Both the position numbers and the translations under genes were made by a program. 64,000 nucleotides of DNA from Pirellulales bacterium (GTDB lineage: Bacteria; Planctomycetota; Planctomycetia; Pirellulales; JAICIG01), in assembly GCA_040901675.1 (NCBI GenBank), contig JBBDYJ010000035.1, forward strand, positions 64,001-128,000, in the 5' to 3' direction. The notes beneath the pieces are model-generated. The model searched no databases. It was given only the letters and a program-made list of their open reading frames with translations, and was not told the DNA's origin. This document shows, piece by piece, positions 40,309 to 52,123 of the stretch. Numbering within the stretch: the stretch's first letter is position 1; every line of letters begins with the position of its first letter.

Positions 40309-40601
40309 CGTCGCGATTCTGGGCATCGATGCCCAGATTCCTCTCGGCAAGCGGTCGCCCGACAACACCAGGCGGTTCATGCTGGACATGAGCCGGCGGG
40401 CGGGGTTCCCCGGTCTGCACTCCAGCGGTGCCCACCCCTTCGGGGCCCGTGGATTCCCGTCCTATCGTCCAAATCAGCACCGATGCCTTCGGGGGCTATC
40501 CGTCTCGCGACGGGGGTCCCTTGTAGGGCTCCGCGGAGCTGTTCTACAATCCAGGGTTCAACCTTTCGCCACCGAAACGGATTTCCGCACGTCCGCCGCC
40601 T

Positions 40602-43600
40602 ATGGCAGCATCCGACATCGTCATCCAAGGGGCCCGCGAACACAACCTGCGGGACGTGAACCTGGTCCTGCCGCGAAACCGGCTGATCTGCCTCACCGGC
40701 GTCAGCGGTTCGGGAAAAAGCTCGCTGGCCTTCGACACGCTGTACGCCGAGGGGCAGCGCCGCTATGTCGAGAGCCTCTCCAGCTTCGCGCGGCAGTTCC
40801 TGGGCCAGATGCCCAAGCCCGACGTCGACTCGATCTCGGGACTCAGCCCGTCCATCTCGATCTCGCAGAAGTCGAGCGGCCAGAACCCGCGCTCCACCGT
40901 CGGCACCATCACCGAGATCTACGACTACCTGCGGGTGCTGTATGCCCGCACCGGCTTGGGCCATTGCCCCAAGTGTACCCGGCCCATCACGGCCCAAACC
41001 CGCGACCAGATCCTCGACCGCATCTCGACGCTGGCCGAGGGCACACGGTTCATCGTGCTGGCCCCCGTGATCAAGGCGCAAAAAGGGGAATACCGCGATC
41101 TGTTCGAAGACCTGCTCAAGCAGGGGTTCGTCCGCGCCCGCGTCGACGGCAGCCTGGTCTCGCTCTCCGACAACTTGAAGCTCGACCGGCAGATGCGGCA
41201 CAACATCGAGGTGGTCATCGACCGCCTGGTGGCCGCTCCCGGATTGCGGCCGCGCCTGGCCGAAGCCGTCGAGCTGGCGCTGCGGATGGGCGACGGCAAC
41301 CTGATCGTCGCCACCGAGGCCGCTGCCGCGGACCAGCCGGCGCCCGCCGAGGCCGCGCCGCGCCGCAAGCGCCGCGCCGCTGCGGCGCACAACGACCTGC
41401 AGCTCTCGGCCCATTACGCCTGCACGCACTGCGGCCTCAGCTTCGAGCCGCCCAGCCCGCAGTTGTTCAGCTTCAACAGCCCGCAGGGGATGTGCCTGGC
41501 GTGCGACGGCCTGGGAGAGATCTACAACTTCGATCCGGCGCTGTTGATCCCCGACCCCGGCCGCTCGTTCAAGCAAGGCTGCATCGAGCTGATCGGACCC
41601 TGGACCGACATGGGCCGCTGGAGAAAGCACATCTACCACGGAGTAGCGGAGACCCTGGAGCGAACCGTTGGTCTCGATCCGGGCGACCTGCTCGAAACGG
41701 CCTGGGAAGAGCTCGATCCCGCGCTGGCGCGGCAGTTGCTGTGGGGCACGGGCGAGATGCACGTCACCTACTCCTGGAAGCACGGCGGCGGAGTTCACAA
41801 GTACGGCGGCAAGTTCGAAGGCATCATCCCCGAGCTGTTGTCGAAGTACCGCAACTCGAAGAGCGGCATGCAGCGCCGCCAGTTGGAAAAGTACATGCGC
41901 GTCATCGGCTGCGAGGCCTGCCGCGGCGCCCGCCTCAACGAGCAGGCCCGCGCCGTCACGCTGGCCACGCGGCATCCGCGCTTCGCCGATCGGTCCGCCC
42001 GGGCGCTGCACGAAGTCTGCTCGCTGGCCGTTTCGGACGCGGCCGACTTCTTCAGCGAGCTGGAACTGGGCGCCACCGGCCAGTTGATCGCGGCCGAAGT
42101 GCTCAAAGAGATCCGCGGCCGATTGGGCTTTCTGACCAACGTGGGGCTCAATTATCTCTCGCTCGATCGCACCGCCCCCACGCTCTCCGGCGGCGAGTCG
42201 CAGCGCATCCGCCTGGCCGGCCAGATCGGCTGCGGTCTGGTCGGCGTGCTCTACATCCTCGACGAGCCCTCGATTGGACTGCACCCCCGCGATAACGACC
42301 GGCTGCTCGCCACGCTGGCCAAGCTGCGCGACCTGGGCAACACGGTCGTCGTCGTCGAGCACGACGAAGACACGATGCGGGCCGCCGACCACCTGGTCGA
42401 TTTTGGCCCCGGCCCCGGCGTGCGCGGCGGCGAAGTGGTCGCCTCCGGAACAGTCGAAGCCGTTTGCAGCCAACCCCGCAGCCTCACCGGCCAGTATCTC
42501 GCCGGCCGGTTGAAGATCGAAGTGCCTCCCAGCCGCCGTCCCACGGGCGAGGGCTGGCTGAAGATCGTCGCCGCCGCGGCCAACAATCTCAAGCAGGTCG
42601 ACGTGGCGATTCCGCTGGGCACGTTCGTCTGCGTCACGGGTGTCTCCGGCTCGGGCAAGAGCTCGCTTGTCAACGACATCCTGGTCGAGGCCTTGCGCCG
42701 CGACCTCAACGGCGGCCTGGGCGAGCCGGGCCCCCACCAGCGGATCGAGGGGCTGGAGCACCTCGACAAGCTGATCGCCATCGATCAGTCGCCGATCGGC
42801 CGCACGCCCCGCTCGAACCCGGCCACGTACATCAAGGTCTTCGACGACATCCGCCGGCTCTACGCCCAACTGCCCGAGTCGAAAACCCGCGGCTACCAGG
42901 AGGGGCGGTTCAGCTTCAACGTGGCGGGCGGGCGCTGCGAGGCCTGCGAGGGGAACGGCTCGAACCGCCTGGAGATGGATTTCCTGGCCGACGTCTGGGT
43001 CACCTGCCCGGTCTGCGAAGGGCACCGCTTCAACCGCGAAACGCTGCAAGTCCGCTTCAAGGGCAAGAGCATCTCCGACGTCCTGGAGATGGACGTCCAG
43101 CAGGCCCTGGATCACTTCGAAAACATCCCCAAGGTGCGGCACAAGCTGCAAACGCTGCACGACGTGGGGCTCGACTACCTGAAGCTCGGCCAGCCCTCGC
43201 CCACGCTCTCCGGCGGCGAGGCCCAGCGGATCAAGCTGGCCCGCGAGCTGGTCAAGAAGAGCACCGGCCGTACGCTCTACCTGCTCGACGAGCCGACCAC
43301 CGGGCTGCACTTTGCCGATATCCGCATGCTGCTCAAGGTGCTGCACGACTTTGTCGACGCGGGTAACACCGTGCTGGTGGTCGAGCACAACCTTGACGTG
43401 ATCAAGACGGCCGACTGGGTCATCGACCTCGGGCCTGAAGGGGGCGAGGCCGGCGGCCGCATCGTGGCCTGCGGCACCCCCGAGCACGTCGCCGGCTGCG
43501 CCGGTGAGGAGGGAAGGGGTGAAGGGGTGAAGGGGGGAAGGGGAGAAGAACCTCTCCCAAGCCACACCGGTGCCGCCCTGGCGCCCCTCCTGGCCGGTGG

Positions 43601-46600
43601 CTCGAAACCGCGGCGCGGCCGGCCCACCGCGCCGCCGCCGGCGCCGATCGCCACCTCGATCAAGGTCCAGGGCGCCCGCCAGCACAACCTCAAGTCGATC
43701 GACGTCGAGATCCCCCGCGATCAACTCACCGTCTGCTGCGGGCCCAGCGGATCGGGCAAAAGCTCGCTCGCCATGGACACCATCTATGCCGAAGGCCAGC
43801 GGCGATACGTCGAGAGCCTCAGCGCCTACGCCCGCCAGTTCGTCGGGCAGATGCAAAAACCGCAGCTCGACCACATCGAAGGCCTCTCGCCCGCCATCGC
43901 CATCGAGCAGAAGCACCTGGGCCACACCCCACGCTCGACGGTCGGCACCGTCACCGAGATCTACGACTACCTGCGGATCCTCTTCGCCCGCCTCGGCAAG
44001 CCCTACTGCCCCGATTGCGACGTGCCCATCGGCACCCAGTCGGCCGACGAAGTGATCGACAAGGTCATGGCCCACCCCGAAGGGACGCGCCTGTATCTGA
44101 TGGCCCCCTTGGAAATCGACGTCGGCGAGCAGTACGAGTCGCTCTGGGAAGACATCCGCAAGGCCGGCTACGCCCGCATGCGCATCGACCGCAAGACCTG
44201 CTCCGTCGATCAGCCCCCCCGCATCGACCGCCGACGCAAGCACCTGGTCGAAGTGCTGATCGACCGCGTCACCATCCGCCCCGCGGCCCGCTCGCGCGTC
44301 GCCGGCAGCGTGGAGAATGCCCTGGCGCTGGGACGCGGCGTGTTGCACCTTGCCTTCCCCGACGACCAGACGCCGGAGGAAAACTGGCCCACCGAGATCC
44401 ACAGCCAGCACTTTGCCTGCCAGCGCTGTGGGCGCAGCTTCGAACCGCTCACGCCGCACAACTTCTCCTTCAACAGCGCGCTGGGCTGGTGCCCATCCTG
44501 CGAGGGGCTCGGCACTCAGACCGGCGCCAACACGGCCGCCCTCTTGAGTGATCCCAAGCGCACGCTCGCCGAAGGCGCCGTGGCCGTCTGGCCGGCCGCC
44601 GACAACCGCCTCTTTCGCCCGATGCTCGCGGCGCTGGCCGCCCAGACCGGCCTGCCCATCAATGTGCCCTTTGAGCAGCTCTCCGCCCGCCATCGCCGCA
44701 TCGTGCTGCACGGCGCCAGCGACGCCTGGATCAACGTCTATCCCCCAGGCCGCAAAAGCGGCGGCACGCCTCTCTTCCGCTTTCAATATAAAGGGCTCTA
44801 CCCGGCGCTCGACGAGGCCTCCCGGCTCTCCAGCGCCTTTCGCGGCCGGCTCGATCACCTCGTCGACCAGGTCGAGTGCTCCACCTGCTGTGGCAGCCGC
44901 CTGCGCGACGACGCCGGCACCGTGCGGTTCCGTGGCCAGACCATGGACGAGATCGGCCGCACGCCGCTGGGCCAACTGCTCGATTGGTTCAAGTCGTGGA
45001 AGCCCACCGCCGCCGACCGCAAGATCGCCGGCGAGCTGCTGCGCGAAGTCGTCAACCGCTTGCAATTCCTGGTCGACGTGGGCCTCGACTACCTCACGCT
45101 CGGCCGGGCCGCCCCCACGCTCTCCGGCGGCGAGGCCCAGCGGATCCGCCTGGCCAGCCAGGTCGGCAGCGGCCTCACCGGCGTGCTCTACGTGCTCGAC
45201 GAGCCGACGATCGGACTGCACCCCCGCGACAACCGGCGGCTGATCCAGGCCCTGGTCCGCCTCCGCGATCTGGGCAATACGCTGCTGCTGGTCGAGCACG
45301 ATCGCGAGGTGGTCCAGGCGGCCGATCAACTGCTCGACTTCGGACCGGCGGCCGGGCAGCACGGCGGCCAGATCGTCGCCCGCGGCACGCCCGCCCAGGT
45401 GGCCAGGCAAAAGGGCTCGGTCACCGGGCCCTACCTGTCCGGTGGCAAGGCCATCCCGGTGCCGACCAACCGCCGCATGCAACGTGCGTCGATCAACGCC
45501 GGCGGCGGCACCCAGCCTCCCGCGCCCGCCACGTCCACGAAAGCGGCCAGGCGTCTCAAAACCAACGGTCGCAAGCCAGCCAAGGCGGCTGCCCGTGACA
45601 AAGACCTGCCGAAGAGCGGGCTCTCTGCGCCTCCCGGCGGCGGCTGGCTGGAGATCGTCGGCGCGCGGCACAACAACCTGCGGCACATCGACGTGGCCAT
45701 ACCGCTGGGCACCTTCACCGTGGTCACCGGCGTCAGCGGCAGCGGCAAGAGCTCGCTCGTCGAAGACGTACTCTACAACGCGCTGGCCCGCTCGTTGCAC
45801 CGCGCCCGCACGTTTCCCGGTGCGCACGACGCCATCCGCGGCCTGGAGCGGATCAACAAGGTGATCCGCGTCGATCAGCAGCCGCTGGGCCACACGCCCA
45901 CCTCGAACCCCGCCACGTACACCGGCGTCTTCGACCTCATCCGCACGCTGTACGCCCAGTTGCCCGACGCCCGCCTGCGGGGCTACGCGCCACGCCGCTT
46001 CAGCTTCAACGTGCCCGGCGGCCGCTGCGAAAAGTGCGAGGGCAACGGCCAGCTTTCGATCGAGATGCACTTTCTGCCCGACGTCTGGGTCGAGTGCGAC
46101 GAGTGCCGCGGCCGCCGCTACAACGAGCAGACGCTGGCCGTGCGGTTCCGCGGCCAGTCGATTGCCGACGTGCTCGACATGTCGTGCGGGCAGGCGCTGG
46201 AGCTGTTTGCCAACATTCCCAACATCCGCCGCGTGCTCCAGACGATTTGCGACGTGGGTCTCGACTACCTGCGTCTGGGCCAGCCGGCGCCCACGCTGTC
46301 GGGCGGCGAGGCGCAGCGCGTCAAGCTGGCCGCCGAGCTGGCGCGCCCCGACACGGGACAGACCCTGTACCTGCTCGACGAACCGACCACGGGGCTGCAC
46401 TTCGACGACCTGGCGCGGCTGCTCGACGTGCTCAATCGCCTGGTCGACCTGGGTAACACGGTGGTGGTCATCGAGCACAATCTCGACGTGATCAAGACGG
46501 CCGACTGGGTGATCGACATGGGCCCCGAAGCCGGTGAAGGCGGCGGCCACGTCGTCGCCTCCGGAACGCCAGAGCAGATTGCCGCAGAGGCGGCAATCCG

Positions 46601-47912
46601 ACAAGGGGACAAGGCGACAAGGGGACAAGGCGACAAGGCGATAAGCCCCGCGGCCGAGGACACGTTCAGGCGGCGGGTGCCTGGGTCAAAGCGTCAGCGT
46701 GCCCCAGTTGACCCCCCGTCTTCCGTTCCCCTTGTCGCCTTGTCGCCTTGTCGCCTTGTCGATTCAGTCCCTCCCTCCCCTCCTTTCTCCTTTCGCAGCC
46801 ACACCGCCGAGGTTCTTGCCCCGGTCCTCGCCGCCGGGCCGCACGCCGAGCGCCGGCCCTACGACTTCACCGCCCACCTGGCGACCCGCGATGACGACCT
46901 GGAACTCCACGAGGTGGGACGCGACGCCCAGATGCCCTGGGAGCAGGATGGCCGCCGCTGGCATACCGTCGACCGCGTCGGCCGCAACGGCCGGCCTTGC
47001 CGCTGGGACGGCCGGATCCTGGCCAGCATCGTCGACCGCATTCACGAGCTGGGCCAGTTCAGCTCCACCAATTGGAACGCGCGGACCATCGTGGAGATTT
47101 CGGCTGCCCGCAAGGCCGACGGCTGGTTCATGCACGCTATCACCGGCGAAGAGTGGCTCTTGAAGCTCAAGTTCCGCGTCGCCAAGCGCACCTTCCAGCG
47201 AGAAGAGCTCGTCTCGCGGCTCGACCTCAAGCCGCTCAACGACCTGCCCGACCTGCCCGTCTACGGCTCCGAGCCGCGAGTGCAGTGCAAGCAGCTTCGC
47301 GGCCCATGGCAGGAAGTGCAGTTGAAGGTCCACTCTCTCGACGAGGTCGACCGGCCCGCCTTCTGGGAGTTTCTCTCTCAGGCGGTCGCCGGCTTCCGGC
47401 AGTTCACCGAGCGGGTCGAGCAGCAGCCCGAGGATGTCATGCCCTGGAAGGTGCTGGGCCGCAAGTGGCACCTCTCGCGCAAGGGCTTTCCGCCCGGCAA
47501 GAAGGTTTCCTGGGACACGACCGTGTTGGAGGAGCTGTGCGAGCTGTTGGCCGAGACGGCGCCGTCGGGCCAGTTTCTCTGGAACAACCAGCAGGTGGTG
47601 CACCTTTGCGTCAACGGCGCGGGCGAGCCTTGGGCCACCATCCATACCAAGCGGCCGGCCGCCGTCGACCTGGTGCTCACCGGCCCCAAGAACCGCTTCG
47701 CCCTGGGCCGCGTGGCCCAACTGGGCCACGACCGCCAGGTCGAGACCGACCGCCCTGACAAGGACATGGTCAAGCTCAAGTTCGTCGAGGCCGCGCAGGT
47801 CGTCAGCGACGAGCTGGCCCGTTTCCTTCAGGAGCACCTTCGTGCGGTCCTCGTGGGGGCCGAACGGACAACACTCACCCGACGCGCCAGCGAGAGACCC
47901 TCCCCACACTAA
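40602..47912 (+). CDS. uvrA: Excinuclease ABC subunit A, tandem double UvrA (4 ABC domains) with extra C-terminal domain
   Basis: Four Walker A (G[V/P]SGSGKS), four LSGGE signatures, CxxC zinc fingers, two [16 protein letters not shown] motifs. Confidence 0.96.
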   Translation: MAASDIVIQGAREHNLRDVNLVLPRNRLICLTGVSGSGKSSLAFDTLYAEGQRRYVESLSSFARQFLGQMPKPDVDSISGLSPSISISQKSSGQNPRSTVGTITEIYDYLRVLYARTGLGHCPKCTRPITAQTRDQILDRISTLAEGTRFIVLAPVIKAQKGEYRDLFEDLLKQGFVRARVDGSLVSLSDNLKLDRQMRHNIEVVIDRLVAAPGLRPRLAEAVELALRMGDGNLIVATEAAAADQPAPAEAAPRRKRRAAAAHNDLQLSAHYACTHCGLSFEPPSPQLFSFNSPQGMCLACDGLGEIYNFDPALLIPDPGRSFKQGCIELIGPWTDMGRWRKHIYHGVAETLERTVGLDPGDLLETAWEELDPALARQLLWGTGEMHVTYSWKHGGGVHKYGGKFEGIIPELLSKYRNSKSGMQRRQLEKYMRVIGCEACRGARLNEQARAVTLATRHPRFADRSARALHEVCSLAVSDAADFFSELELGATGQLIAAEVLKEIRGRLGFLTNVGLNYLSLDRTAPTLSGGESQRIRLAGQIGCGLVGVLYILDEPSIGLHPRDNDRLLATLAKLRDLGNTVVVVEHDEDTMRAADHLVDFGPGPGVRGGEVVASGTVEAVCSQPRSLTGQYLAGRLKIEVPPSRRPTGEGWLKIVAAAANNLKQVDVAIPLGTFVCVTGVSGSGKSSLVNDILVEALRRDLNGGLGEPGPHQRIEGLEHLDKLIAIDQSPIGRTPRSNPATYIKVFDDIRRLYAQLPESKTRGYQEGRFSFNVAGGRCEACEGNGSNRLEMDFLADVWVTCPVCEGHRFNRETLQVRFKGKSISDVLEMDVQQALDHFENIPKVRHKLQTLHDVGLDYLKLGQPSPTLSGGEAQRIKLARELVKKSTGRTLYLLDEPTTGLHFADIRMLLKVLHDFVDAGNTVLVVEHNLDVIKTADWVIDLGPEGGEAGGRIVACGTPEHVAGCAGEEGRGEGVKGGRGEEPLPSHTGAALAPLLAGGSKPRRGRPTAPPPAPIATSIKVQGARQHNLKSIDVEIPRDQLTVCCGPSGSGKSSLAMDTIYAEGQRRYVESLSAYARQFVGQMQKPQLDHIEGLSPAIAIEQKHLGHTPRSTVGTVTEIYDYLRILFARLGKPYCPDCDVPIGTQSADEVIDKVMAHPEGTRLYLMAPLEIDVGEQYESLWEDIRKAGYARMRIDRKTCSVDQPPRIDRRRKHLVEVLIDRVTIRPAARSRVAGSVENALALGRGVLHLAFPDDQTPEENWPTEIHSQHFACQRCGRSFEPLTPHNFSFNSALGWCPSCEGLGTQTGANTAALLSDPKRTLAEGAVAVWPAADNRLFRPMLAALAAQTGLPINVPFEQLSARHRRIVLHGASDAWINVYPPGRKSGGTPLFRFQYKGLYPALDEASRLSSAFRGRLDHLVDQVECSTCCGSRLRDDAGTVRFRGQTMDEIGRTPLGQLLDWFKSWKPTAADRKIAGELLREVVNRLQFLVDVGLDYLTLGRAAPTLSGGEAQRIRLASQVGSGLTGVLYVLDEPTIGLHPRDNRRLIQALVRLRDLGNTLLLVEHDREVVQAADQLLDFGPAAGQHGGQIVARGTPAQVARQKGSVTGPYLSGGKAIPVPTNRRMQRASINAGGGTQPPAPATSTKAARRLKTNGRKPAKAAARDKDLPKSGLSAPPGGGWLEIVGARHNNLRHIDVAIPLGTFTVVTGVSGSGKSSLVEDVLYNALARSLHRARTFPGAHDAIRGLERINKVIRVDQQPLGHTPTSNPATYTGVFDLIRTLYAQLPDARLRGYAPRRFSFNVPGGRCEKCEGNGQLSIEMHFLPDVWVECDECRGRRYNEQTLAVRFRGQSIADVLDMSCGQALELFANIPNIRRVLQTICDVGLDYLRLGQPAPTLSGGEAQRVKLAAELARPDTGQTLYLLDEPTTGLHFDDLARLLDVLNRLVDLGNTVVVIEHNLDVIKTADWVIDMGPEAGEGGGHVVASGTPEQIAAEAAIRQGDKATRGQGDKAISPAAEDTFRRRVPGSKRQRAPVDPPSSVPLVALSPCRLVDSVPPSPPFSFRSHTAEVLAPVLAAGPHAERRPYDFTAHLATRDDDLELHEVGRDAQMPWEQDGRRWHTVDRVGRNGRPCRWDGRILASIVDRIHELGQFSSTNWNARTIVEISAARKADGWFMHAITGEEWLLKLKFRVAKRTFQREELVSRLDLKPLNDLPDLPVYGSEPRVQCKQLRGPWQEVQLKVHSLDEVDRPAFWEFLSQAVAGFRQFTERVEQQPEDVMPWKVLGRKWHLSRKGFPPGKKVSWDTTVLEELCELLAETAPSGQFLWNNQQVVHLCVNGAGEPWATIHTKRPAAVDLVLTGPKNRFALGRVAQLGHDRQVETDRPDKDMVKLKFVEAAQVVSDELARFLQEHLRAVLVGAERTTLTRRASERPSPH
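46600..46762. repeat. Composite in-frame insert in uvrA: inverted octamer tracts around a REP palindrome
   Basis: (GACAAGG[G/C])x5 at 46600-46641; REP at 46675-46707; (CCTTGTCG)x4 at 46729-46762. Confidence 0.88.
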
Positions 47913-48030
47913 CCCGACGCGCCAGCGAGGCAACATGCCCGCCAGAGCATGTACGATCCCGAGCGCTAGCGAGCCCTGTTCCCTGACCTCTGCCTTCTGA
48001 CCTCTGACCTCTGTCCTCTGCCTTCATCCT
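47871..48030. repeat. Direct repeats of ACACT.ACCCGACGCGCCAGCGAG followed by a CTGACCT heptamer tract
   Basis: Copies at 47871-47894 and 47906-47929, degenerate third near 47956-47973; heptamers 47983-48030. Confidence 0.8.
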
Positions 48031-48035
48031 TCCCC

Positions 48036-48683
48036 ATGCCGTTGCTTCCCGCCAGCTTCCTCTTCCGCTTCGCGGTTCCTTGCCGGTTCAAGGACCCCGT
48101 GTGGACTGATGCGGGTCCACAGCTCGACGAATCGTATCGGCTGGCGAGTCCGGGCGAGTTGGACGTGCAGCGGACGTTCGCGGAGGTTCGGGCCGCCTGG
48201 AGCCAGGCCGGCCTGGCGATCTCGGCCCGCGTGGAGGGCAAGCGGCAGCCCCCCTGGTGCCGCGAGAGCCGTCCCGACGACAGCGACGGCCTGCGGGTCT
48301 GGATCGACACCCGCGACACGCACAACATCCACCGCGCCACTCGCTTCTGTCATCAGTTCATGTTCATGCCGTCCGGCGCCGGCCGCGGTCTCGACGAGCC
48401 CTGCGCCGAGCAGCTTTTGATCAACCGCGCCCGCGAGAACGCCAAGCCTGTGCGTCCCGGCCAGCTCGCCGTCCGCCGCGAGAAGCGGGTCGACGGCTAT
48501 CTCCTGGAGGCCCACGTCCCTTCGGCCGCGCTGACCGGTTTTGATCCGAGTGAAAACCCTCGTCTTGGTTTCACCTACGCCATTTTCGACCGCGAGCTCG
48601 GCGAGCAGACCTTTCTGCTCGACAACCAGTTCCCCTACCAGGAAGACCCCAGCGTCTGGGCCACCCTCGACCTCGTCCGATAG
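48036..48683 (+). CDS. Conserved hypothetical protein, DOMON/CBM9-like fold
   Basis: AAWSQAGL, DGLRVWIDTR, GYLLEAHVP...L, LGF, DPSVWATL pattern. Confidence 0.7.
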   Translation: MPLLPASFLFRFAVPCRFKDPVWTDAGPQLDESYRLASPGELDVQRTFAEVRAAWSQAGLAISARVEGKRQPPWCRESRPDDSDGLRVWIDTRDTHNIHRATRFCHQFMFMPSGAGRGLDEPCAEQLLINRARENAKPVRPGQLAVRREKRVDGYLLEAHVPSAALTGFDPSENPRLGFTYAIFDRELGEQTFLLDNQFPYQEDPSVWATLDLVR

Positions 48684-48803
48684 CAGCTCACGTCAATCTG
48701 CCCCCGGCTTGGCTAGCCGTCTTGCGTGTGTTGCATCGAATGCTGGTCCGTTCTATTGCGGCGGGCTACACTTGACACCCAAAGAGCGGGAGGTCCAGGA
48801 CCC

Positions 48804-49355
48804 ATGGCACGCAAAAGTCGGGCGGGAACGACAAAGAGTGCGGTTTCAGCAAACCAGATCGAACGCTCGATTGTGGTGGTCCGCGGCCAACGGGTTATGT
48901 TGGATGCGGACCTCGCCAGACTGTACCGCGTGTCTACCAAAGCGCTCAATCAGGCGGTCAAGCGCAACTTGAATCGATTCCCACCCGACTTCGCGTTCCG
49001 CATGACTCGACCGGAGTTCAACAACTTGAAGTCACAAGATGTGACCTCAAGTTGGGGCGGTCGGCGCACCCTTCCCTGGGCCTTCACTGAGCATGGGGTC
49101 GCCATGCTGAGCAGTGTCCTGCGCTCACCCATGGCTGCCCGGGTCAACATTGAGATCATGCGGGCGTTCATCCGCCTTCGCCGTCTCCTGGCGACGCCAG
49201 GCGAGCTCGCTCAGCAAATAGCCATACTCGCGCAAACGGTCGACCTTCACGACGATCAGATCAAAGCACTGATTAACGCTCTTAAGCAAATGATGGCGGA
49301 GCCACCCAAGTTGAGAGAAATCGGGTTCCACGCACTCCGCCACGAAAAGAAATGA
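48804..49355 (+). CDS. ORF6N-domain DNA-binding protein
   Basis: RGQRVMLDADLARLY, LNQAVKRN..RFP.DF, AFTEHGVAMLSSVL. Confidence 0.92.
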   Translation: MARKSRAGTTKSAVSANQIERSIVVVRGQRVMLDADLARLYRVSTKALNQAVKRNLNRFPPDFAFRMTRPEFNNLKSQDVTSSWGGRRTLPWAFTEHGVAMLSSVLRSPMAARVNIEIMRAFIRLRRLLATPGELAQQIAILAQTVDLHDDQIKALINALKQMMAEPPKLREIGFHALRHEKK

Positions 49356-49410
49356 CGGTACTCGTCGATCTACGCAACCCCCCAGTCAGTAGTCAGTGAC
49401 CAACAAACGG

Positions 49411-49664
49411 ATGGCACGCAAGCGAACGAAGAAGACGGATTCCGGGAAGAAATCGGGCCCCCCTGAGGCAGATATCCGCAGGCGATTCGCCGCCGGCCTG
49501 CGGAACGTCTTCGGGCTGTACCGCCCGCTGGTGGATGAATGGTCCTTGTACGACGCTTCGCGATTTCCACCGCGGCTAATCGCTACCGAGAAAGGGGGCG
49601 AAATGCAAGTCGCGCAGGCGACGCAGTTCGACCAGATCCGGCAAAGTGCTGAGGAAATGAACAG

Positions 49665-49668
<4 letters not shown>
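49411..49668 (+). pseudogene. Zeta-toxin-like AAA kinase with the P-loop region deleted
   Basis: Basic N-terminus joined directly to PEADIRRRF..GLRN...Y..LVDEW.LYDAS (family C-terminus); no Walker A. Confidence 0.65.
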
Positions 49669-49915
<247 letters not shown>

Positions 49916-50227
49916 CCCCTGCCTGCAACTCCGGCTCCGGCGGAGCCTCTGCCCCGTCCGATGTCTCCGCATCGGTCCTGTGATGTGGTCCACTCGCTCC
50001 GCGGCTCTCCCCTTGTTCCCCGCCGGACGTCTCTCCGTAAAGTAGTCGTCACGCTCCGCGTGACGCATCCGTCGTCTTGCTGTCTCGTTGTGCTCCACTT
50101 GGGCTGCAAGTCCGCCTCCGGCGGATCGCCTCATCCCCTCATCGGCCCTCCCCCTTCCGCTTCCCTCGCCCCCTCGTTCCAGCCGCGGGGCCCGCTATAA
50201 TGATCGGCGCTCCCGGAGCCACCCACT

Positions 50228-51697
50228 ATGACCGATGAGCCTCATCCGATCTGGGCCTCGATGGAGCGGGCGATCGATGCCGCTCCCAGCGACAGGGAGT
50301 CGCTGTTTCCCCCGGACTGGCTGCCTCGCCCCTTGTCCCCCTGGGCGTTTTGGTCGCTGATTGCACTCGTCCGCCACCGGGCCAGGCAGCATTGGGCGCT
50401 TGGTATCGTGCGAGACCGCCTGGGAATCGCCCCGGCCGACATGGTCACCGATAAAAAATGGTGGCGGATCGAGCCCCGCGGCGGCGTCGTGCCCGGCCTT
50501 ATCGAATGGAGCTACGAGCTCGGCGGTTCTGTCTTCCAACTCACTCATCGCCTGACCGGAGAAGTCATTCGCGCCGTGGTCTACGAAGAGACCGGCGAAA
50601 CGTTCTTCCCCGGCTACTGCGGCGGCTACATCGCCAGCCTGCGGGCGCCGGAGCCGCCGGAGCGGCGCTTGAGGGAGTTGCACCCTTCGATTTGGACCAT
50701 GTGCCTCGCCGAACGCGAGCTCCAACGCGCCGGCCTGCTGCTGCCTTCTCCCCATTCGGACGGAACATTCGTGCTGCCTCCGCAAGTCATCGACCGCGCG
50801 GAGCTGGCGTCGGCCTTCTGCCAGGCCTGGTGCGACGACGCCCGCCGGCCCGGGGCCGCCTTGGCCGTGGGCGATTGGATGGCCGCCGCCCGCCTGATGC
50901 CGGATGCCAGCGCCGATGTGCGCGACCGAATTCATGCGGAAATGCAGGACTGCCAGTTGCGGCGAGTGCGGATGCTCATGAACCGGATCGCCAGCAAGAA
51001 GTGGGGCGGCGAAGCGTTGACCGCCTTTGCGGAGCTCGATCCGCGGTGGGGCAGCTTAGTGATTGGCGAGGTGCTTGCCGGCTGCCGGCGATTGAGTCTG
51101 ATCTATACTGCTCTCGACATGATCGTCGAAGCCGACAACGCATCCTGGTGCCCGTCGGTTGGTCGCCTGTTCAAGCGGCTCGACCCGAATCGAAGCGAAA
51201 TGCAGGCGATATGTTGGCGGATATGCGCCGAGATTCTGCTCCGGCACGGCTACCGCAAGCGCGAGGTGCTGAAGCGGCTGAGTCGGGCCAGGCGGTTCGA
51301 GGTCTCGGACGCTGCCTTCTTGGCGCTCAAATACGATCCTCCCCGCGCCCCGCCTCTCTTCCGGCGAGCGTTGAGCTTGAAGGATATGCCGGACCGCGGG
51401 AACGCCGCGGCGGTCCTGGCCATCTTGGACGAGGACTGGTCACGGCGTCTGATGCTGGAAACCATGAACGAATCGGACGACGTCGACGCAGCCATCGAGT
51501 GCTGCTGTGCCCTCTCCTTCAGTCGTGATCCGTCGGCCCGCCGTGCCGCGGAGCAATGGGAGCGAGCGTTCGACTCCAGCTCGCAATTGAAAGGCACATC
51601 CCTGCCCGTACGGCGCCAAGACGCCGACGAGATGATGCGGGCCGCGATGGACGCCTGCCACAACACGGTCCTGCCGCTGCGCGGCCGCATCCCCTAG
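50228..51697 (+). CDS. Hypothetical protein (DUF6896-like N-terminus, HEAT-like helical C-terminus)
   Basis: W.Y...G....LTHRLTGE.I motif; TATAAT at 50196-50201; helical repeats. Confidence 0.6.
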   Translation: MTDEPHPIWASMERAIDAAPSDRESLFPPDWLPRPLSPWAFWSLIALVRHRARQHWALGIVRDRLGIAPADMVTDKKWWRIEPRGGVVPGLIEWSYELGGSVFQLTHRLTGEVIRAVVYEETGETFFPGYCGGYIASLRAPEPPERRLRELHPSIWTMCLAERELQRAGLLLPSPHSDGTFVLPPQVIDRAELASAFCQAWCDDARRPGAALAVGDWMAAARLMPDASADVRDRIHAEMQDCQLRRVRMLMNRIASKKWGGEALTAFAELDPRWGSLVIGEVLAGCRRLSLIYTALDMIVEADNASWCPSVGRLFKRLDPNRSEMQAICWRICAEILLRHGYRKREVLKRLSRARRFEVSDAAFLALKYDPPRAPPLFRRALSLKDMPDRGNAAAVLAILDEDWSRRLMLETMNESDDVDAAIECCCALSFSRDPSARRAAEQWERAFDSSSQLKGTSLPVRRQDADEMMRAAMDACHNTVLPLRGRIP

Positions 51698-51769
51698 CCG
51701 GTGCAGGGTGATCCACTCGCTCCGTCCGCGCTACGGAAGGATGTGATTGATGGACGCTACGAACGACAA

Positions 51770-52000
51770 ACCACAAAGAACACAAGGGACACAAAGAGAA
51801 TACAGAGTTACGGACGCTACGGGTTACGGACCTCTCGCCAAGGCGCCAAGGCGCAAAGAGGAAAACGGGACGGAACGAAAGGCACGAACAGACGACGACG
51901 AGGGTTAACCACTGAGTTACGGAGAACACGGAGACGCCGGGACATGGACGACGGATGGACGAAGAAGATTGGGCACGAAAAGGCACGAAAAGACGACGAC
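51770..52000. repeat. Cluster of different A-rich 8/9-mer triplet repeats
   Basis: ACCACAAAG/AACACAAGG/GACACAAAG; CGCCAAGGx2-CGCAAAG; ACCACTGAG/TTACGGAG/AACACGGAG; GGCACGAAAx2. Confidence 0.75.
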
Positions 52001-52123
52001 GATCGTTTTTTCCGGCCGTCTGTCCGCCTCCGGCGGAACCGTGCTGCAAGTCCGCCGCCGTTCGGCCTAGAGGCTCTCGACAGGCAGGCGGAACCTCTGT
52101 CCTCTGACTTCTGACTTCCGACT

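Noticed and set aside
40377..46628. 2083-aa minus-strand ORF
   Set aside because: Antisense shadow of high-GC uvrA; no motifs of its own
48804..49355. ORF6N gene as evidence of a prophage
   Set aside because: No phage structural, integrase or replication genes nearby; solitary ORF6N genes are common
51750..52000. Possible CRISPR array
   Set aside because: No constant 23-47-bp repeat with regular spacers and no cas genes
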